DNA from: the human T2T-CHM13v2.0 reference genome, Homo sapiens
Strand: one strand, 5' to 3'
Length of the DNA: 64,000 bases
Assembly: GCF_009914755.1 (NCBI RefSeq)
Contig: NC_060935.1
Shown here: positions 57,921-64,000 of the stretch, piece after piece
Numbering within the stretch: the first letter of the stretch is position 1
Layout of the letters: every line of letters begins with the position of its first letter
Program-made: the position numbers and the translations under genes
The notes under the pieces: generated by a model
Databases searched by the model: none
The model's input: only the letters and a program-made list of their open reading frames with translations
What the model was told of the DNA's origin: nothing

Positions 57921-60900
57921 GAGGGTCAGGGGCTCTGTCTTTTCTATATTGAGTTCCACCAAGAGCCCTTGATAAATTTAGAGGAGGGACCCAAATTCAA
58001 GCTTATTACCTTTTTAATTGACTCAGGGGCAGCTTCCTCCTCTGTTTATCATTCCCCATCTGGTGTAATTTGTTCACAAGAAGAACTCCTTATTTCAGGA
58101 GTGAAGGGAGAAGGATTTAAAGCAAAACCTTTAGAGGAAACAAAAGTCATATATAAAAATAGATCAGCTAATATACAATTTTTGTTAATACCAGAGGAAG
58201 GAACTAACCTAATAGGAAGAGATTTAATGCTAGAATTAGGCTTAGGCCTCTATGTTAACCAGGGAAAATTTCTCACCTCTCTAAACTTACTCACTACTAT
58301 AGATGAAGAGTATATCCATCCTAATACCTGGTCAAAAGAAGGAAATCAAGGAAAATTATTTGTTTCCTCAATAAAGGTCAAATTAAAAACTCTTGGGGAA
58401 GTAGCAAGAAAACAACACCCTATTCCTTTAAAAGCTAGGATAGGTTTAAAACCTATAATTGAAAGCCTTGTTCATGATAGACATCTTGAACCCTGTATAC
58501 CCCCTTATAATACCACAATATTACCTGTAAAGAAGCCAGATGGGTCATACTGGCTAGTGTAAGACCTCCGGGCTATTAATCAAGTAGTTCAAACTACATA
58601 CCCTGCTGCTCCCAATCCTTACACCATTAACAGCAAAATCCCACCTAACTATGAATGGTTCACTGTAAAACCTGAAAGGTGCCTTCTGGACTTGCCCTTT
58701 AGTGGAGGACAGCTGGGACTTGTTTGCCTTTGAGTGGGAAGACCCCCGATCTGGTTTAAAACAACAGTACCCATGGACAGTTTTACCCCAAGTGTTTACA
58801 GACTCTCCAAATCCTTTTGGTCAAAATTTAAAATAAGTCATAGAAAAATTTTCCTTGCCCTCATGCATATGCCTACTCCAGTACATGGATGGCCTGCTTA
58901 TTTCAGGGGAAAACAAAGAATGGGTAACAGCATTTTCAATCAACTTCCTTAATTTTCTAAGAGTAGAAGAATTAAGAGTCTCAAAAAGTAAACTTCAGTT
59001 TGTAGAGCCTGAAGTAAAGTACTTAGGAATTTTAATCAGCAAAGGCAAATGGAGGATTGGGTTTGAACGAATTGAAGGTATTATATCCCTACTTCTGCCA
59101 GAAACAAAAGAGGAGCTTAGAACGTTCTTAGGCTTAGTTGGATACTGTTGCCTATGGGTTGACTCTTATGCCCTAGAAAGAAAACTGCTATACCAAAAAC
59201 TCAATTCAGAGGGAGTCGCCCCCACTTATCTGGACCCAACCAGAAATGCGACAGATAGAAAAATTAAAACATTTACTAGTAACTGCCCCTGTTCTCATTC
59301 TACCCTCCCTAGAGCAGCCATTTCATCTTTTCGTCAGTGTAAACAAGGGAGTGGCTTTAGGGGTACTCACCCAAGATCATGGGGGCCACCAGCAGCCCAT
59401 AGCCTTTTTGTCAAAAATTCTAGACCCAGTAACCCATGGATGGCCTGCATGTGTCCAATCTGTAGCAGCAACTGCCTTGCTAACAGAAGAAAGCGGAAAA
59501 TTAACCTTTGGGGGAAACCTCATTGTTAGCACACCTCACCAAGTCAGAACTATTCTCAACCAAAAGGCAGGAAGATGGCTTACTCAATAATTTTAAAATA
59601 TGAAGCTATCCCACCATTAGAAAGGATGACCTAGCACTAACCACTAAGAATTCCCTAAATCCCATTGCTTTCCTAATAGGAAATCCAAACCCAGAAGTAA
59701 CAGGGAACTCACACCCAAAGAAACCATAGCATAAATGTTTAGACCTAATTAGTTGCCAAACCAAAGTTAGACAAGACCTATGTGAAACTCCTCTTCAAAC
59801 AGGGAAACATCTTTTCATAGATGATTCCTTCCAGGTAATTGAGGGGAAAAGGCATAATGGATACTTCATAGTTGATGAAGATACCCTCACAAAAATAGAA
59901 TCAGGAAGATTACCAAATGACTGGTCCACACAAAGGTGTGAGCTATTTGCCCTAAATCAAGCCTTAAAATTTGTACAAAATCAGGAAGGAACAATTTATA
60001 CTGACTCTAAATGTGCTTTTGGAGTAGTACATAGTTTTGGGAAAACCTGGACTGAACAAGGCCTTATCAACAGTAGAGGTCAAAACCTAGCCCACAAAGA
60101 GTTAATAATACAAGCATTAGATAATCTCCAGCTGCCTAAGGAAATATGTTGTTCATGTCCCAGGACACCAAAAGAACCTCTCCTTTGAAAGTGGGGGAAA
60201 TAATCTAGCCGATCAAATGGCCAAGCAAGCTGCCTCTTCCCAAGCTGCACCCGTTTTTCATTTAACCCCTCACCTTCCCCCTACAACTGCACTCCCCATC
60301 TTCTCCCATGCAGACTAGGAAAAGCTAAAAAAAATCAGGAGCTAAAGAAAACCCAGAAGGAAAGTGGGTATTACCAGATGGAAGGGAAATGTTATCTAAG
60401 CCTCTTATGAGGGAAATATTGTCACAACTTCATCAAGGATCTTATTGGGGTCCTCAAGCTATGTGTGATACAGTCCTTAGAGTCTATGGGTGCATAGGAA
60501 TATACACCCTCACCAGACAAATAGTGGAGGGTTGCATCGTGTGCAGAAAAACTAATTAAAGGGGGCCAGCCCCTCCACACCTGTGGGTATTTCTCATCAG
60601 GTGGGATGAGAGACTGAGAAAAGAAATAAGACACAGATGAAGTATAGAGAACACTCGGCCCAGGGGACTGGGGCTCAGCATACAGAGGAACTGCACAGGC
60701 ACCGGTCTCTGAGTTCCCTCAGTATTTATTGATTACTATTTTCACTACCTCAGCAAGAGGAAGTGACCCAGACAGGATGCTGCAAGGCGAGTCTGAATTG
60801 CTCCTTCACTGTAGTGAACTGCAGGTTGGGCAATAATGGGTGCTGCTGGCCAAGTCGCAGTGAGCCTGGTTTCAGGCTCCCTCCTCCAGCACTCACTTGG

Positions 60901-63483
60901 CTGAGGAGGAGGTGGCCTTCATGGTTTTAGTCCTGATGGCCCTGATGTTTCTGGACCTTTTCCTTTTAATTTTAATGTTTCAGGATATATTACCTCCTGT
61001 AATTGCTTGTAGTCAACATTTTGTGTTGACCGAGCCATTACAGACTCTGTTACATTTTTACAATGTGAACTTTCCATTCCTTTCTTGAACTGTCTCTGCC
61101 TCTTCTTTACAATCTATTACACAGCTCTCAGGGGCATCAGAAACTGAAACACTATCTTCTTCTATTTGAAACGGTTTTAAAGTTGCTTTAATAATGGCCC
61201 AATTATTCCATACTGTAAGTGGGATGATTTTACCTTCCCTACTTGCTTGTTTTAATTCTTTGCCAATTTTTTTTTCCAATCTTTTAGATCTAAAGTTCTC
61301 TCTTCTGGAAACCATGGGCAGAATTATTCTATTGTTTGAAATAGCATAATTAGATTTTCTGTAGAAGCTTTAAGGCCCCCTCTTCTTAAAAGAATTTTAA
61401 TGAAGCTGAGATAAGAGGCATTTTTACTTTCAGTTTTTCCCATTGTTACCATGGGTTCCTCCCAGCACACAAGCTTCCTGCAAGGCTGACCATGGACGTA
61501 CTTGGGAATCTGTCATCGACTGTCCTCAATGCTCATGTTCTTAATGTATCTTCACCCTAGAGAAAGGCATCTACGCTGGGCGGCAGATGAAGGAGGCCAG
61601 CCCCTCCACACCTGTGGGTATTTCTCATCAGGTGGGATGAGAGACTGAGAAAAGAAATAAGAGACAGAGCTCAAGTATAGAGAAAGAACAGTGGGCCCAG
61701 GGGACCAGTGCTCAGCATACGGAGGACCTAGACCGGCACTGGTCTCTGAGTTCCCTCAGTATTTATTGATTACTATTTTTACTATCTCAGCAAGAGGAAT
61801 GTGGCAGGAGAGCAGGGTGATAGTGGGGAGAAGGTCAGCAAGGAAACATGTGAGCAAAGGAATCTGTGTCACAAATAAGTTCAAGGGAAGGTACTATGCC
61901 TGGATGTGCACGTAGGCCAGATTTATGTTTCTCTCCACCCAAACATCTCAGTGGAGTAAAGAATAATAAAGCAGCATTGCTGCCAACATGTCTCGCCTCC
62001 CACCACAGGGCAGTTTCTCTCCTAACTCAGAATTGAACAAATGTACGATGGGGTTTTATACGGAGACATTCAGTTCCCAGGGGCAGGCAGGAGACAGTGG
62101 TCTTCCTCTATCTCAACTGCAAGAGGCTTTCTTCTTTTACTAATCCTCCTCAGCACAGACCCTTCACGGGTGCTGGGCTGGGGGACAGTCAGGTCTTTCC
62201 CATCCCACGAGGCCATATTTCAGACTATCACATGGGGAGAAACCTTGGACAATACCCAGCTTTCCAGGGCAGAGGTCCTTGCGGCTTTCCGCAGTGCATT
62301 GTGTCCCTAGTTTATCAAGCCTGGAGAATGGCGATGATTTTACCAAGCATACTGCTTGTAAACATTTTGTTAACAAGGCACATCCTGTAAAGCCCTAGAT
62401 CCCTTAAACCTTGATTCCATACAACACATGTTTTTGTGAGCTCAAGGTTGGGGCAAAGAGGTTGGGGCAAAGTTACAGATTAACAGCATCTCAGGGCAAA
62501 GCAATTGTTCAGGGTACAGGTCAACATGGAGTTTCTTGTATCTTCCCTTTCTACATAGACAGAGTAACAGTCTGATCTTTATTTCTTTTCCCTGAAACTA
62601 AATAAGCAAACCTCAAAAAGGCAACCTCCCAGGGACGAAATCCAGGGTTAAGGCCATTCCAAAGTGTCCAAGTTGATTATACTGAAATGCCCCCAATAGG
62701 CTGCCTCAAGTATTTACTAGTTAATAGTAGACCATCTCACCCACTGAGTAGAAGCCATTCCCTTCCCAAGCACAACAGCCAGTAATATAGTCAAAGCTCT
62801 GTTGGAATGTATCACACCCAGGTTTGGACTAATAGAAAACATTGATTTGGATAATGGGACCCACTTCACTGCATACATCATTAAGGGGCTAGCCCAAGTA
62901 TTAGGGATAAAATGGAAATATCATACTCCCTGGCACCTGCCCTCATCAGGGAGGTTAGAGAGAATGAATCAAACTCTAAAAAACATCATTTAACCAAACT
63001 AATCTTTGAAACTCGGTTACCATGGACAAAATGTCTTCCCATTGCCTTACTAAGAATCTGAACTGCCCCTAGGAAAGATCTTGGCCTGTCCCCTTATGAA
63101 ATGCTCTACGGGCTGCCCTACCTAAATTCTACTACTGACCTTCCTAAATTTGAAACAAAAGATCAGTCCTTGAAAACTATACATTTGGTCTGTCTTCTAG
63201 CCTTTCCTCCCTCAGGACTCAAGGCCTCCTAGTGCAGACTCCACCCCTCAAATTCCCAGTTCACCAACACCAACCCAGAGATCACGTCCTTGTCAAAAGC
63301 TGGAAAGAGGGAAAGCTTGAGCCCACCTGGAAAGGACCTTACCTGATGCTCCTCACAACTGAGACAGCAGTCTGAACTGCTGAAAAGGGGTGGACCCATC
63401 ATAGCCGAGTCAAGGTGTCACCCTCTCCAAAGCCATGGACCATCATTCCAGGGCCAACTCCCACCATAGTAACGTTAAAATGA
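57921..63483 (+). pseudogene. ERV pro-pol, disrupted; integrase split by the HML-2 insertion
   Basis: ORF pieces 57969-58562, 58855-59529, 59246-59590 and 62802-62993. Confidence 0.85.
60557..62596 (-). mobile_element. Internally deleted HERV-K(HML-2) provirus with LTR5 (LTR5B-like): full 5' LTR, leader, 5' gag and a partial 3' LTR
   Basis: 5' LTR at about 62596-61588, a degenerate Lys PBS, and gag ATG at 61443 with IGKELKQ..IIPLTVWN.WAIIKA..SVSDAP and STQNVDY.QLQEVIYPETLKL. The LTR terminal ~205 bp recurs at 60557-60762. AACTAA flanks both ends. Confidence 0.9.
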
Positions 63484-64000
63484 AAAGTCTAATCTGTCCC
63501 TATTTCCTCTTCTTTTTCCTTTAGTTACCAAGGACACCTTATCATCAATGTAACCCGATCACTTTTCCCCCAAACAATTACATTTGATGCTTGCCTTGCC
63601 ATATCTTGTGTGGACCTAAAAAGTCAAAGACAGCTCAGTTCTTCAGAAAAGTATCTTTGTCCCTCCGGGAGGACAGTATGGGCCCTCACTTATTATATTT
63701 GGGGAGAGGTTATATGGACCACCAAGTATCAGGGCTGGACTGCAAATTCTGCCCTAAAGCCCTACCTCCACCTCACCAAAGGAACCACCTTCCCCATCCC
63801 AATTGCCAAACACATCAGTGCAACCCAATACTTATCTCCATTACTACCCCTACCTCCAGTAATTCTAACCCCACCTTAGAGCACTTCTATGGTTTAGGAG
63901 CAGATATAACTGGAAAGGACCCTGTGGGTTTCTTTGAAATGTGTTTTGTTTCTCCTCCTCCACCCTCTCACCAAACCCACAAAATCAAACTATTTCTCGC
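63484..64000 (+). pseudogene. ERV env SU N-terminus, disrupted and cut off by the window end
   Basis: Hydrophobic leader then HLIINVTRSLFPQTITFDACLAISC..KYLCP, downstream of the integrase C-terminus. Confidence 0.7.

Larger units (their letters stand above)
55717..64000 (+). mobile_element. Gamma-like (class I) ERV internal region, HERV-IP10 type: decayed gag-pro-pol-env, continuing past the window end
   Basis: gag starts MGNSPS at 56298, with a capsid major-homology-like QGKDEGPMEFLNRL and zinc knuckle CFKCGKIGHIKREC. TAG at 57918-57920 is in frame with protease (FLIDSGA). RT LQYMDG, RNase H, integrase (IDLDNGTHF, SGRLERMN) and env SU start (TFDACL..EKYLCP) follow. Many stops and frameshifts. 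Confidence 0.88.

Overview
Repeat-rich primate DNA, almost certainly human. It fits the class I olfactory receptor (OR51/OR52) cluster at 11p15.4, a placement I recalled from the OR52K2 protein and did not compute. There are three OR loci: an intact OR52K2-like gene (50461-51405, +), an OR51-family pseudogene with a nonsense codon and a frameshift (19203-20154, +), and an OR52-family pseudogene apparently disabled by a single 1-bp deletion near its start (33419-32473, -). The rest is mostly layered mobile elements. An older + strand L1PA contains a short inverted L1 piece, which is itself split by a full-length - strand L1PA that keeps an open, extended antisense ORF0. A 5'-inverted L1 carries a 3' transduction. 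A HERV-FRD (syncytin-2-like) env remnant is joined to a MER50 LTR. A decayed LTR10/HERV-IP10 provirus has its integrase interrupted by an internally deleted HERV-K(HML-2) provirus. Alus, MaLR LTRs, DNA-transposon fossils and L2 fragments fill in. I found no convincing new biological system. The most interesting items are retroelement architecture, the near-intact OR pseudogene, two unexplained local duplications and two speculative decayed-gene remnants. Repeat subfamily names come from recalled consensus sequences and need RepeatMasker/Dfam confirmation.
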